Assembly: GCA_031430645.1 (NCBI GenBank)
Contig: JANPBY010000080.1
Coordinates: 3,573-67,572, forward strand
Reading direction: 5' to 3'
DNA length: 64,000 nucleotides
Origin: Actinomycetes bacterium
GTDB taxonomy: Bacteria; Actinomycetota; Actinomycetes; DATJPE01
Part shown: positions 10,064 through 19,877 of the stretch, piece after piece
Layout of the letters: every line of letters starts with the position of its first letter
Position numbering within the stretch: position 1 is the first letter of the stretch
Notes under the pieces: generated by a model
Seen by the model: only the letters and a program-made list of their open reading frames with translations
What the model was told of the DNA's origin: nothing
Database searches by the model: none
Program-made: the position numbers and the translations under genes

Positions 10064-11212
10064 GTGCTGCCAGCTGCCGTCCGCTCCCTGTGGGACGAAC
10101 CCCGAGCTCCGAACGCACCCGTTCGGGTGTGGCGGGACTGGGCGCTCGTCGGGTTCGTGGTGTTCGCTGCACTGGTCGAGTTCGCGCTGCGCTCCGACCT
10201 GGTCTGGCCGCTGGTTGCCCTCGGGCTAGCGCTGGGTCTAGCGGGCACGTTGTTGTGGCGCCGCACCCATCCCCTCGCGATGGCGGCCCTCGTCTTCGGC
10301 ACCTTGATCGTCTTGTCCATCGCCACGATGAGCGCTGACGTCCGATCGGTGGGGCTCTACACGAGCGTGTACGTCCTGCTGGTGCCGTACGCACTCCTGC
10401 GGTGGGGCAGCGGACGCGAAGTGATCCTGGGGCTGCCCATCATCTTGGTGGCCTATGCCCTCGGAATCGCCGCCGACTACACCAACGTGGGCGACTCAAT
10501 CGCAGGGGGCGTGTTCGCCCTGTTCCCCGCCGTGCTCGGCGCCTTGGTGAGATACCAGTCCAGCTACCAGGCCAACGAGAAACAGCAGATCAAGCTGCTC
10601 GAGCGGGAACAACTGGCCCGCGAGCTGCACGATACGGTGGCCCACCACGTCTCGGCCATCGCGGTCCGCGCCCAAGCGGGCCGAGTTGTCGCAGCGACCG
10701 ACCCACAGGCGGCCGTCGACTCCCTACGGATCATCGAGGAGGAGGCCTCACGTGCTCTGACGGAGATGCGGCTGATGGTGGGCACGCTCCGGGAGGGGGA
10801 GGAGGCCGACCTCGCCCCCCAACGCGGGGTCGCTGACATCCCGCGACTCGCGCGCACCGCTGGTGACTCGCCCCCGGTGACTGTGGAGCTGACAGGCACC
10901 CTAGAAGACCTGAGGCCGTCGGTTGGCGCCGCGGTCTATCGCCTGGCCCAGGAGTCGATCACCAATGCCTTGCGGCATGCCCGGCACGCAACGAGAGTCG
11001 ACGTGCGAGTGTACGGAGACGACGAGTGCGTGCAGCTGTCCGTCGCCGATGACGGAGATCCACACCCAACCGGACGCGGCTGGTCGGGCTACGGGCTGAT
11101 CGGGATGAACGAACGAGCCACCCTCCTCGGGGGCACCCTCGAAGCCGGTCCCCGTCCGGACCGGGGCTGGGCCGTGACAGCCGTTTTGCCGAAGGGAGGC
11201 TCTCGTTCATGA
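10064..11212 (+). CDS. Two-component sensor histidine kinase (HisKA_3/NarL-type, multi-TM sensor)
   Basis: H-box ELHDTVAHHVSAI, HATPase_c G-boxes, 5-6 N-terminal TM helices. Confidence 0.75.
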   Translation: MLPAAVRSLWDEPRAPNAPVRVWRDWALVGFVVFAALVEFALRSDLVWPLVALGLALGLAGTLLWRRTHPLAMAALVFGTLIVLSIATMSADVRSVGLYTSVYVLLVPYALLRWGSGREVILGLPIILVAYALGIAADYTNVGDSIAGGVFALFPAVLGALVRYQSSYQANEKQQIKLLEREQLARELHDTVAHHVSAIAVRAQAGRVVAATDPQAAVDSLRIIEEEASRALTEMRLMVGTLREGEEADLAPQRGVADIPRLARTAGDSPPVTVELTGTLEDLRPSVGAAVYRLAQESITNALRHARHATRVDVRVYGDDECVQLSVADDGDPHPTGRGWSGYGLIGMNERATLLGGTLEAGPRPDRGWAVTAVLPKGGSRS

Positions 11213-11865
11213 CCATCCGGGTGCTCGTCGCCGACGATCAGGAGATCGTGCGTACGGGGCTGGCGATGATCCTCGACGCACAGCCCGACCTCGAGGTGAT
11301 CGCTGCGGCTGCCGACGGCCGTACTGCCGTGGCCCTGGCCCGCGAGCTGCGACCCGACGTCTGCCTGTTCGACATCCGGATGCCGGAGATGGACGGCATC
11401 GAAGCGACCCGCCAGCTCGCCGGACCTGACGTCGAAGACCCGATTGCCGTCGTCGTGATCACGACCTTCGACCTCGACGACTACGTCCACGGCGCTCTCA
11501 AGGCCGGCGCCCGCGGGTTCCTCCTCAAGGACGCCGGACCCGAGCTGCTCATCCAGGCGATCCACGCAGCTGCCAACGGCGACGCCCTGATTGCCCCGAA
11601 CGTCACTGTCCGACTGCTCGCAGCGTTCAGCGACTCGACCGGTTCCCGACCGCCCGCTCAACCGGTCGCACCACTCACCGACCGCGAGGAGGACGTGCTC
11701 GTCACGGTCGCCCGTGGTCTCACCAACTCCGAGATCGCCCAAGAGCTCCACATCAGCCTGAGCACCGTGAAGACTCACCTCACCGCCCTGATGAACAAGC
11801 TCGGCGCCCGGAACCGCGTTGAACTGGCCATGTGGGCCTACGAGACCGGCCGCATCACGAGTTGA
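11209..11865 (+). CDS. LuxR/NarL-family response regulator
   Basis: REC domain (VLVADDQEIVRTG...DVCLFDIRMPEMDG) plus C-terminal LuxR HTH (TDREEDVLVTVARGLTNSEIAQELHISLSTVKTH); ATGA overlap with the kinase. Confidence 0.85.
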   Translation: MTIRVLVADDQEIVRTGLAMILDAQPDLEVIAAAADGRTAVALARELRPDVCLFDIRMPEMDGIEATRQLAGPDVEDPIAVVVITTFDLDDYVHGALKAGARGFLLKDAGPELLIQAIHAAANGDALIAPNVTVRLLAAFSDSTGSRPPAQPVAPLTDREEDVLVTVARGLTNSEIAQELHISLSTVKTHLTALMNKLGARNRVELAMWAYETGRITS

Positions 11866-12640
11866 CGAGGGTGACCTCGTCGCCGACGTGGATCCGTCCC
11901 GGGGCGAGAACGTCGGCGTAGACCCCGAAGTAGAAGCCCTTGCCGTCCTCAGGGGTCTCCTGCCGACCGCGGGATGCACCGATCATCCGCAACGTCTGGA
12001 GGTCGACGACGCCGGTGTCGGGGTTGCGCGTCGTGGCGGCACACCGCTTCACCGGACCGCCAACGCGGACGACGACCTCGCCGAGGCGCAGCTCGCGACC
12101 CTTCCAGGTGTCTTCCTCGTGCGCTTCAGTGCCAATGATCTCGATGTTCATCCGGAACCGCCGCCCGTCGACCGGGTCGGCATCACTGCGGGCCGCCAGC
12201 ACGTCGGTGGAGGACGTTCCGAGCAGGGTGAGGCCGGCGACATCGAACCCTCCCGACTCGCCGAGGACCAAGCGCACGGGGCGACCCGCGATCTCGGAAA
12301 ACAACTCCCCCCAACCAGGGACGACGTGGCCGGGCACGGTGCGTAGTTCGTAGAAATCCGTGACAATCGGCTCTCCGCGCTCGACGACATCCGAGCGGAG
12401 CAGACCCGCGGGACCATTCACTTCCAGGATCTGAGTGGTCGGGTCGTAGTGAGCCCTGTACTGCATGAGGCTGCCGATGTCCCAGCAACTGGTCAGCTCA
12501 CCGGTGTCCGTGACGAAGAACAAGGCACGGTCCCCGTCGACCCCGTCGCTCGAGACGTCGACATGGTCCGGGTGGTGGAGCGCGAGACCTTTGACCGGAG
12601 TCACCGAGAGCTGCTTGACCCGCAGGTCAGTCCCCGTCAT
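11855..12640 (-). CDS. MOSC domain-containing protein (MOSC_N beta-barrel + MOSC)
   Basis: 261 aa; conserved C-terminal MOSC cysteine region (GPVKRCAATTRNPDTG). Confidence 0.65.
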   Translation of the reverse strand: MTGTDLRVKQLSVTPVKGLALHHPDHVDVSSDGVDGDRALFFVTDTGELTSCWDIGSLMQYRAHYDPTTQILEVNGPAGLLRSDVVERGEPIVTDFYELRTVPGHVVPGWGELFSEIAGRPVRLVLGESGGFDVAGLTLLGTSSTDVLAARSDADPVDGRRFRMNIEIIGTEAHEEDTWKGRELRLGEVVVRVGGPVKRCAATTRNPDTGVVDLQTLRMIGASRGRQETPEDGKGFYFGVYADVLAPGRIHVGDEVTLVNS

Positions 12641-13356
12641 TCGGAAGTCCTATCTGCAACTGCCGGCGTTCGCCGGGAAGCGATAAGGATCTCAACGCTC
12701 AACAAGAAAACCCACGCCGGGAACAACAGAACGGCCCACACCGTGCGCGCCGGCGCGAGGAACAGCACCGCCGCTGCGGCGTAGCCGAAAATCCAGAGCC
12801 AGCGCGGAATGATCCCCGTACAACGACCCAGGTTTGTCACCACGAGGGTGAAGACCGCTGCCATCCGGATGCCGTACGTCGCGAGCAGCACCGTCCCCGT
12901 CGCACTCGCTAGACGCACCTCGTTCTCAGAGACAGCGTTCGGGCCGTCGTACACAGAGATAAGCGCACCGATGCTGGCAGCCGCCACGAACAACATGGCC
13001 ACGAACAACAATCCGGAGCCGAGGAACGCCGTCGCGAAGAGCTTGTCCTCACGTGCTCCCAACCGGGATCTGATGACGCCGATGAACCAGAGGAACGCGA
13101 TCCCGGCATAGGGGATCAGAGCCAGCGCAAGGCCGACCTGGTGCCGGCGTGACTCCTCGGTGATCCACTCGGACTGGTCACCGCTCCCGGGAAGCGCCAG
13201 GTGGAGCAAGATGACGGCCGTTCCCAGGATCAGTGCGAAAGCGATCCCGGCGACGGCGGCAGCCCAGGGGGCCCGGAGCTCGTCGGCAATCGCAGTCGCC
13301 CGCTCTCCCGGCCGATCTGAGCGCGCCCGTTCTGGACCATCCTCGCCCGGGTTCAT
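12637..13356 (-). CDS. Hypothetical integral membrane protein (6-7 TM)
   Basis: Hydrophobic helices throughout; 4-nt overlap with the MOSC gene suggests co-transcription. Confidence 0.45.
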   Translation of the reverse strand: MNPGEDGPERARSDRPGERATAIADELRAPWAAAVAGIAFALILGTAVILLHLALPGSGDQSEWITEESRRHQVGLALALIPYAGIAFLWFIGVIRSRLGAREDKLFATAFLGSGLLFVAMLFVAAASIGALISVYDGPNAVSENEVRLASATGTVLLATYGIRMAAVFTLVVTNLGRCTGIIPRWLWIFGYAAAAVLFLAPARTVWAVLLFPAWVFLLSVEILIASRRTPAVADRTSE

Positions 13357-13381
13357 AGACGAGTTCTACCGCACTCACCGG

Positions 13382-13885
13382 TCAGCCGGGGCGGGCCATC
13401 TCGTCGACGCACACGGTGATCGCGAGGATGAGCGGGACGTCCTGACCTTGGGCGAGGTGCACGCCGTAGGTTTCGCGCACCCGGAACCACTTCTTCGACA
13501 CCTCGGCGATCTTCTCGCCGTCGCGCTCGATCTCATACTCGTGGTCGACGATGTTGCCGTGCGCCTTCAGGTCTTCACCGCCCTCGACCTCGATGACGTA
13601 GTGGTCGCGGATCCCGATCAACCGTTTGTGAACCGTGGCCCTGGTCTCGCCGCGCTCGATGGTCATCTTGTCCCGGACGCTGAGCTGCTTCTCCTGGATC
13701 TTAGAGACCTCGTTGCCATGGGAGTCCTCAAGGATGAAGGTTTTCCGGAAGCGCACCGCCTTGCCGTCGACCTTGTACACCTTGTTGCCGTCACTGTCCT
13801 CGATCCAAAAGTCATCCCCAATCGCGAACACCTTCTCGCGCATCTGGAAGGTCGGCCCATCGAGCCCGTGATCACGCAAGCCCAT
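13382..13885 (-). CDS. LURP-one-related (LOR/DUF567, tubby-like) family protein
   Basis: Start trimmed to MGLRDHG... with AAGGGGA RBS; pattern of charged beta-strands (FRKTFILEDSHGNEV..., IRDHYVIEVEGGEDL) typical of DUF567. Confidence 0.5.
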   Translation of the reverse strand: MGLRDHGLDGPTFQMREKVFAIGDDFWIEDSDGNKVYKVDGKAVRFRKTFILEDSHGNEVSKIQEKQLSVRDKMTIERGETRATVHKRLIGIRDHYVIEVEGGEDLKAHGNIVDHEYEIERDGEKIAEVSKKWFRVRETYGVHLAQGQDVPLILAITVCVDEMARPG

Positions 13886-14118
13886 AGTTATCCCCTTCAG
13901 GGCGGAGGTGGCGGTCAACCTTCAGTCAAGCAGACGGTCGTTGGGGGCGGCAGCCCCCGTGAGAGGTGTCCCTTCAGGGTGGGTGCCGCCTGACGCTGAG
14001 CGAGTCGTGTGCAGGCCGGGCTCCCAGCCGGGAGCTCCTCTACCCTGACCGCCTGGAGTGGGTCGGCGCCAGGGGCGAAAGTCCTCTGTGAGGCTGTGGG
14101 ATGAAACCCAGAGATGGG

Positions 14119-14202
14119 TGCGCGAGGGGGGAGTTGAACCCCCACACCCTTTCGGGCACACGGACCTGAACCGTGCGCGTCTGCCTATTCCGCCACTCGC
14201 GC
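14119..14202 (-). tRNA. tRNA-Leu (anticodon CAG), class II with long variable arm; 3' CCA not encoded
   Basis: Hand-folded: acceptor GCGCGAG/CUCGCGC, D-arm UGGCGGAAUAGGCAGAC, anticodon loop UUCAGGU, T-arm GGGGGUUCAACUCCCCC, discriminator A; genomic tail is ACCCA. Confidence 0.8.
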
Positions 14203-14489
14203 GTGTGTGAGGGCCAAGGCTAACACGCAGGCCAGAGCCCACTTTTCGACCAAGGGGGCGCTCGTCAAGCAATTCAGCCACCGACCACCAACAGTCCCAA
14301 GGCCAGAAACCCAGGCTGTGGATGAAGAAACGGCCCGTGGACAACAGCCGACTCGACCAGCGCCTTGTCGCTGCCCAAACGACGCCCTCCCAGGCTCCAG
14401 ACACCCCTCGCACTACCATCGGAGCCAAGGCCGACCGGGCCCGTCCACGACGACGTACGACTCGGCGAGGGAGGTTGCGCGTGGGGGTC

Positions 14490-15170
14490 ATGGACCGCTT
14501 CGAGCGCCGCCTCGACCGGCTCGTCAACGGGGTGTTTGCCAAGACCTTCAAATCAGAAGTCGAACCCGTGGAGATCGCCGCTGCGCTTCAGCGCGAGTGC
14601 GACGCGAGGGCGGCCATCGTCAGTCGCGGCCGGACGATGGTGCCTAACGCCTTCACTGTCGAGCTAGGGCCTTCGGACCACGACCGACTCGCCGTCTATG
14701 CCAAGCCGCTCGGTGACGAGTTGTCGGCGATGATCCGCGAGCACGCCGAAGAACGCGGCTACGCCTTCGTCGGTCCGGTCGGGGTGGGTTTCGCGCGCGC
14801 CGACGATCTCGACACCGGCCTGTTCCGAATCCTCAGCGAAGCAGTGGCCGGCGTGAGCGATCAAGCCTCGCCACCGACCGGGGCACCCCCGCCGGTCGCG
14901 GCACGCCTGGAGATCGGTGGCCGCACCGTCCCCCTCACCCGGCGCACCACGGTCCTCGGCCGAGGTGACGACGTCGACCTGCGCATCGATGACCCGGGCG
15001 TCTCCCGCCGACACGCACAGATCGTGCTCGGCGACCCCAACCGCGTGGTGGACCTGGGCTCCACGAACGGCACCTGGCTCGACGACCGGCAGATCACCGA
15101 AGGCGAGCTCTTCGACGGCTCCCGCGTCACCGTCGGCGCGACCACGGTGACCTTCCGGCTCGGCAGCTGA
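14490..15170 (+). CDS. fhaA: FHA-domain protein FhaA (DUF3662 + C-terminal FHA)
   Basis: Start re-set to MDRFERRLDRLVNGVFAK (conserved FhaA N-terminus); C-terminal FHA motifs (TVLGRGDDVDLRIDDPGVSRRHAQI...GSTNGTWLD). Confidence 0.8.
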   Translation: MDRFERRLDRLVNGVFAKTFKSEVEPVEIAAALQRECDARAAIVSRGRTMVPNAFTVELGPSDHDRLAVYAKPLGDELSAMIREHAEERGYAFVGPVGVGFARADDLDTGLFRILSEAVAGVSDQASPPTGAPPPVAARLEIGGRTVPLTRRTTVLGRGDDVDLRIDDPGVSRRHAQIVLGDPNRVVDLGSTNGTWLDDRQITEGELFDGSRVTVGATTVTFRLGS

Positions 15171-15177
15171 GCGGCCG

Positions 15178-15705
15178 ATGTCTGACCTGAGCCTGTTCCT
15201 GATCAAGATGGGCTATCTCGCCCTGCTCTGGGTGTTCGTCCTCGTCGTCGCCGCCGCGATGAGACGCGACCTGATGCCGCGCCGAAGACGTATGTCTACC
15301 GGCCGGGCCTCATCGGCCGCACCAGCGGCAGCCGTCCCGGCTGCCAAGGCCACCAAGCCAAGCAAAGCGGCCGGTACGGCCCAGCCCGCGAAGGCAGCAA
15401 AGCCCAAACGCGGCCAACCACGGACTCTGACTGTGACGGCCGGATCGCTCCAAGGCACGACTGTCCAACTCGGCGCGACCGCCATCACTCTTGGCCGGGC
15501 CGCCGACAACACCCTGGTGCTGGACGACGACTACGCATCGGGGCACCACGCCCGGCTCCGACCCTACGACGGTGGCTGGCTGGTCGAAGACCTCGGCTCC
15601 ACGAACGGCACCTTCCTGGACAAGACCAAGGTGACATCAGCAACGCCGGTGCCCGTCGGCGTGCCGGTGCGGATCGGCAAGACCGCCATCGAGCTGCGGA
15701 AGTAG
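15178..15705 (+). CDS. fhaB: FHA-domain membrane protein FhaB/FipA
   Basis: N-terminal TM plus C-terminal FHA (ITLGRAADNTLVLDDDYASGHHARL...GSTNGTFLD). Confidence 0.8.
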   Translation: MSDLSLFLIKMGYLALLWVFVLVVAAAMRRDLMPRRRRMSTGRASSAAPAAAVPAAKATKPSKAAGTAQPAKAAKPKRGQPRTLTVTAGSLQGTTVQLGATAITLGRAADNTLVLDDDYASGHHARLRPYDGGWLVEDLGSTNGTFLDKTKVTSATPVPVGVPVRIGKTAIELRK

Positions 15706-15711
15706 CCGGCG

Positions 15712-16989
15712 ATGCCCCTCGTCGTTCGCGCCGTCGCCCGCTCCCACGTCGGTCTGGTTCGCGCTGGCAACGAGGACTCCGGCTACGCCGGCCGCAGCCT
15801 GTTTGTCATCGCCGACGGGATGGGCGGTCACGCCGCGGGCGAGGTGGCCAGCCGTACGGTCGTGGCGGCGCTGCTCGGGCTGGACGGCGCCGACCTCGGA
15901 GCCGACATGAGTGTGACGCTGCGCCGGGCGGTCAACGAGGCCAACGACCGCCTGCGGCTGGCTGTCGAGGCCAGACCAGACCTCGACGGCATGGGCACGA
16001 CACTGACTGCATTGGTATGGGACGGCACCCAGCTCGGCCTGGTCAATGTTGGTGACTCTCGGGCCTATCTGCTGCGAGGCAACCACCTCACCAGATTGAG
16101 CCACGACCAGAGCCTGGTTCAGACCCTCGTCGACGAGGGCCACATCACCGAGGCAGAGGCCCGAACCCACCCGCAGCGGGCGGTCATCTTGCAGGCCCTG
16201 GACGGCCGCGCCGACCTTGACCCCGACATCTCGATGCTCGATCCCCGCGAGGGCGATCGCTACCTCATCGGTTCCGACGGCCTGACCGACTACGTCGCCG
16301 AGGCAGCGGTGGAAGAGGCCCTGCGCGATCGCTCGGCCTCCGCCGCGGTGGACGGCCTGATCGGTCTCGCCCTCGAGGCGGGCGCCCCCGACAACGTGAC
16401 AGTCATCGTCGTGGATCTCGTCCTCGCGACCGAGTCCGATGCACCGAACGACCCGCCCGATGCAGCAACCCATGCTCCCGGCGGGATTCTCGTGGGGGCC
16501 GTCGGTGAGACGACGATTGCCGGACAGGAGACAGCAAGCCCCCTTGGCCGACCCACACAGATGCCCGAGGACTCAGGGACTGACGAATCAGAGACTGACG
16601 AATCAGAAGCTGACGAGCCCGCTCCAAGGGGCCGCGCGGAAGGTGTTCGCCGCCGCCGCTGGCCTTGGCTCGTGGGGATCTTCGTGCTCCTCATCGCCGC
16701 CGGCGCGTTCGCTGCCCGGAGCTGGGCGAGCGATCAGTGGTACGTCGGCGTCGACAACGGCAACGTCGCGATCTATTCGGGGGTCGACTTGACGCTCGGT
16801 CCGTTGTCCCTGTCGGCGGTGTCGCAACGCATCGCCCTCGAAGTAGCCACGCTTCCGGAGTTTGCCCGCGCGGAAGTCGAAGGAGGCATCACCGCCGCCA
16901 CGGAGGAGGACGCGGCCGCCATTGTCAGTCGGCTGCAGCTCGCGGCCAACAGCTGCCTCAGCGCCCCCGACACGGCGGGATGCCCATGA
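15712..16989 (+). CDS. pstP: PP2C-family Ser/Thr phosphatase PstP
   Basis: PP2C motifs (RAGNEDSGYAG, FVIADGMGGHAAGEVAS, DNVTVIVVD), a linker with the TDESETDESEADE repeat, and a C-terminal TM. Confidence 0.9.
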   Translation: MPLVVRAVARSHVGLVRAGNEDSGYAGRSLFVIADGMGGHAAGEVASRTVVAALLGLDGADLGADMSVTLRRAVNEANDRLRLAVEARPDLDGMGTTLTALVWDGTQLGLVNVGDSRAYLLRGNHLTRLSHDQSLVQTLVDEGHITEAEARTHPQRAVILQALDGRADLDPDISMLDPREGDRYLIGSDGLTDYVAEAAVEEALRDRSASAAVDGLIGLALEAGAPDNVTVIVVDLVLATESDAPNDPPDAATHAPGGILVGAVGETTIAGQETASPLGRPTQMPEDSGTDESETDESEADEPAPRGRAEGVRRRRWPWLVGIFVLLIAAGAFAARSWASDQWYVGVDNGNVAIYSGVDLTLGPLSLSAVSQRIALEVATLPEFARAEVEGGITAATEEDAAAIVSRLQLAANSCLSAPDTAGCP

Positions 16990-18404
16990 CCTCGCCGGCC
17001 TACGCCGCTGCACCTCCATCCATGACCGCAGCGACCGCGCGGGCGCCGTACCGGCGCACCGAGCTCCTCCTGCTCATCCCCGCCGTCGCGGTGGGCGCCC
17101 TCGCCTACGCCCAGGTCGACCTCAACCGCACCGGAACGCTGCCCCAGGACTACTGGGGCTGGCTCGCCGCCGTCGTGCTCGCGATCGTGCTCGCGCACGT
17201 GAGCCTGCAGCGCCTGGCGCCGTGGTCGGACCAGGTGCTGATGCCTACGGTCGTCGCGCTCAACGGTCTCGGCCTAGCCCTGATCTATCGCCTTGATCTT
17301 GCAGCGATCATCGATGCCGTCGGAGCTGAGGAGTCCCCGCGAGGACTGGCGGCCGTTGACCAGGTCCTGTGGACCTGGCTGGGCGTCGGCCTGTTCGTCC
17401 TGGTGCTCGTGGTCGTCCGCGAACCTCGGTGGCTGCAGCGTTTCACCTACACCGCGATGCTCCTCGGTGTCCTGCTCATCGTCCTCCCGCTGATGCCCCG
17501 CTTCGGGGTCACGATCAACGGTGCCCGCATCTGGGTCCGATTCGCCGGGCTGTCCTTCCAGCCCGCCGAGATCGCCAAGCTGGTCCTGATCGTGTTCTTC
17601 GCCGGCTATCTCGTGGTCAAGCGTGACGTGCTCTCGCTGGCGCGCAGCCGAGTCCTGGGCATCGACTTTCCTCGCGGTCGCGACCTCGGCCCGATCCTCG
17701 GGGTATGGGCTGTCAGCGTCGGAGTCCTCGTCTTCGAACGCGACCTCGGCACATCGGTGCTCTTCTTTGGCGTCTTCGTGGCCATGCTCTATGTCGCCAC
17801 CGAACGCGTCGGGTGGCTGGTGATCGGTGGACTGCTCGCAGTCGTCGGCCTCGGCCTCGGCTATCTGCTCTTTGGGCACGTGCGCACCCGCTTCGAGATC
17901 TGGCTCGACCCCTTCGCCGACCCCTCCGGCTCGGGCTATCAGAGCGTTCAGGCGTTGTTCGGTATGGCTGACGGTGGAATCCTCGGCTCTGGCATCGCCC
18001 AAGGGCACCCCGACCTCGTGCCGTACGCCAACTCCGACTTCATCAGTGCTTCTCTGGGCGAGCTCCTCGGCCTCACCGGCTTCATGGCGATGCTGGTCCT
18101 CTACGCCATCGTGGTGGCTCGCGGCATCTCTATCTCGCTCGCGGCCCGCGATCCGTTCGGACGACTCCTGGCCTTCGGGCTCGCCTTTGTCCTCGGCCTG
18201 CAGGTGTTCGTCGTCATCGGAGGCGTGACCAACCTGATCCCGCTGACCGGTCTGACCACGCCGTTCCTATCAGCGGGCGGCTCCTCGCTGGTCGCGAACT
18301 GGGCGCTCATCGCGTTGTTGCTCCGGATCAGTGACAGCTCTCGACGCCCTGTGGTCATCCCGGTCGCCTTGGACCAGGCCGAGACCCAGGTGTTTCGCCG
18401 ATGA
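16980..18404 (+). CDS. rodA: SEDS-family peptidoglycan glycosyltransferase RodA/FtsW
   Basis: Start trimmed to MPMTSPAY... overlapping the pstP stop (ATGA); FtsW/RodA conserved regions (GARIWVRFAGLSFQPAEIAK, NSDFI, PLTGLTTPFLSAGGSS). Confidence 0.85.
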   Translation: MPMTSPAYAAAPPSMTAATARAPYRRTELLLLIPAVAVGALAYAQVDLNRTGTLPQDYWGWLAAVVLAIVLAHVSLQRLAPWSDQVLMPTVVALNGLGLALIYRLDLAAIIDAVGAEESPRGLAAVDQVLWTWLGVGLFVLVLVVVREPRWLQRFTYTAMLLGVLLIVLPLMPRFGVTINGARIWVRFAGLSFQPAEIAKLVLIVFFAGYLVVKRDVLSLARSRVLGIDFPRGRDLGPILGVWAVSVGVLVFERDLGTSVLFFGVFVAMLYVATERVGWLVIGGLLAVVGLGLGYLLFGHVRTRFEIWLDPFADPSGSGYQSVQALFGMADGGILGSGIAQGHPDLVPYANSDFISASLGELLGLTGFMAMLVLYAIVVARGISISLAARDPFGRLLAFGLAFVLGLQVFVVIGGVTNLIPLTGLTTPFLSAGGSSLVANWALIALLLRISDSSRRPVVIPVALDQAETQVFRR

Positions 18405-19849
18405 CGATCACCGTGCGAAGGATGGCCCTGATCGTGGGTGCGCTGTTCCTGTGCCTGCTCATCCAGGCCAACCGGATTCAGGTCGTCAAAGCCGATGCCC
18501 TCAATGATCGCGCCGGCAACACCCGCGCGATCATCGACGACTACGGTCAACAACGCGGCTCGATCATCGTGGGCGGCCAACAAGTCGCCCGGTCGGTCGA
18601 CACCGGGAACACCCGACTGAGATACGAGCGCCGCTACGGCAGCGGCCCGAAGTACGCCCCGGCCACCGGGTTCTACTCCATCGTCTACGGCGCCACCGGA
18701 ATCGAGCGCCAGGAGAACGCTCTGCTCAGTGGCGACGACCCGCGCCTGATCGGCACTCAGCTCGAGGCCCTGATCAGTGGGGGATCCCGGCAGGGTGCCT
18801 CGGTGCGGCTCACGCTGGACGCTGCTGCCCAGAAGGCCGCGTGGGACGGTATCAAGCAGTACAACGGGGCGGTCGTCGCGATCGAGCCGGCGACCGGCCG
18901 GATCCTGGCGCTGGCATCGAGCCCGTCCTACGACCCCAACCCGTTGTCCTCCAACGACCCGGCGCAGAACCGCGCGGCTTGGGAGCGGCTCACCGCCGAT
19001 CCGAAGGAGCCGTTGCTGAACCGCCCGCTGGCCGCGACGTACCCGCCAGGTTCGGTCTTCAAGGTGGTGACGACTGCCGCCGCACTCTCCAGCGGGCAAT
19101 ACACGACCGAGACCGAGATCCCCGCCCCAGCAGTGCTCGATCTGCCGGGCACGACGGCGGACCTCCCCAACTACAACAAGCAGGCGTGCTTCGGCGGTCA
19201 GGTCACCCTTGAGCAGGCCCTCCAGATCTCGTGCAACACCGCCTTTGCCAACGTCGGCCTCACCCTCGGCGATGACATCCTGCGGGAGCAGGCCGAGCTG
19301 TTCGGATTCAACCGCTCCTTCGATGTGCCAATGACTTCGGCCACCTCGGTGTTTCCGAGCGACCTGAATGCCCCCCAGACCGCGCAAGCTGCCATCGGCC
19401 AGTTCGACGTACGCGCCACGGCTCTGCAGATCGCCATGGTCGGAGCCGCCCTCGCCAACGGGGGGCTCGTGATGAACCCCTACCTTGTGGACGAGGTGCT
19501 AGCCCCCGACCTCTCGGTCCTCTCCCTGAGTCAGCCGTCTGAGTTTGGTCGAGCCGTCTCACCAGAGATCGCCCAGGAGATCACCGACATGCTCGTCAAT
19601 GTCGTGGAGAACGGCACGGGCCGGCCGGCTCAGATCCCTGGCGTCTTGGTGGCAGGCAAGACCGGTACAGCGCAGACCGCCGAGGGGCGAGCGCCGCACG
19701 CTTGGTTCCTTTCCTACTCACCAGCTGACAACCCCACGGTCGCCGTGGCCGTAGTGGTGGAGAACGGCGGCAACCTCGGCTCGGAAGCCACCGGAGGACG
19801 GCTAGCCGCACCCATAGCCAAGGCCGTGATGGAGGCCATCCTCCGATGA
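18401..19849 (+). CDS. pbpA: Penicillin-binding protein PbpA (class B transpeptidase)
   Basis: N-terminal TM; SXXK (PPGSVFK), SXN and KTG (AGKTGTAQ) motifs; ATGA overlap with rodA. Confidence 0.85.
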   Translation: MTITVRRMALIVGALFLCLLIQANRIQVVKADALNDRAGNTRAIIDDYGQQRGSIIVGGQQVARSVDTGNTRLRYERRYGSGPKYAPATGFYSIVYGATGIERQENALLSGDDPRLIGTQLEALISGGSRQGASVRLTLDAAAQKAAWDGIKQYNGAVVAIEPATGRILALASSPSYDPNPLSSNDPAQNRAAWERLTADPKEPLLNRPLAATYPPGSVFKVVTTAAALSSGQYTTETEIPAPAVLDLPGTTADLPNYNKQACFGGQVTLEQALQISCNTAFANVGLTLGDDILREQAELFGFNRSFDVPMTSATSVFPSDLNAPQTAQAAIGQFDVRATALQIAMVGAALANGGLVMNPYLVDEVLAPDLSVLSLSQPSEFGRAVSPEIAQEITDMLVNVVENGTGRPAQIPGVLVAGKTGTAQTAEGRAPHAWFLSYSPADNPTVAVAVVVENGGNLGSEATGGRLAAPIAKAVMEAILR

Positions 19850-19877
19850 CCAGCTCGAGTACTGGAAGGATGACCGG

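Noticed and set aside
14100-14210. Integrated element at tRNA-Leu, tRNA-Ala or tRNA-Ile (common integration hot-spots)
   Set aside because: The flanks carry conserved origin-region housekeeping synteny (fhaA, ppiA, DUF3566/gyrA). There is no integrase, no direct repeat of the tRNA 3' end and no GC shift.
14322-14489. N-terminal extensions of track ORFs (fhaA 14322, rodA 16665, trpG 22507, cupin 24247, nitrilase 24615, thiolase 27274, dciA 37903, cwlM 51474, trxB 52754, anti-sigma 53751, pseudokinase 55869, Rv3909-like 61291, fasciclin 5619, rpmH 42152)
   Set aside because: The extensions are Arg-rich, overlap the upstream gene, and conserved family N-termini start at internal ATG/GTG codons with an RBS or overlap coupling. 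They were trimmed accordingly.
14203-14489. DnaA-box-like 9-mers (cgtggacaa, tgtggatga) in the long fhaA leader
   Set aside because: These are single near-matches far from oriC, at a frequency expected by chance in this GC context. I noted them but did not count them as regulatory.
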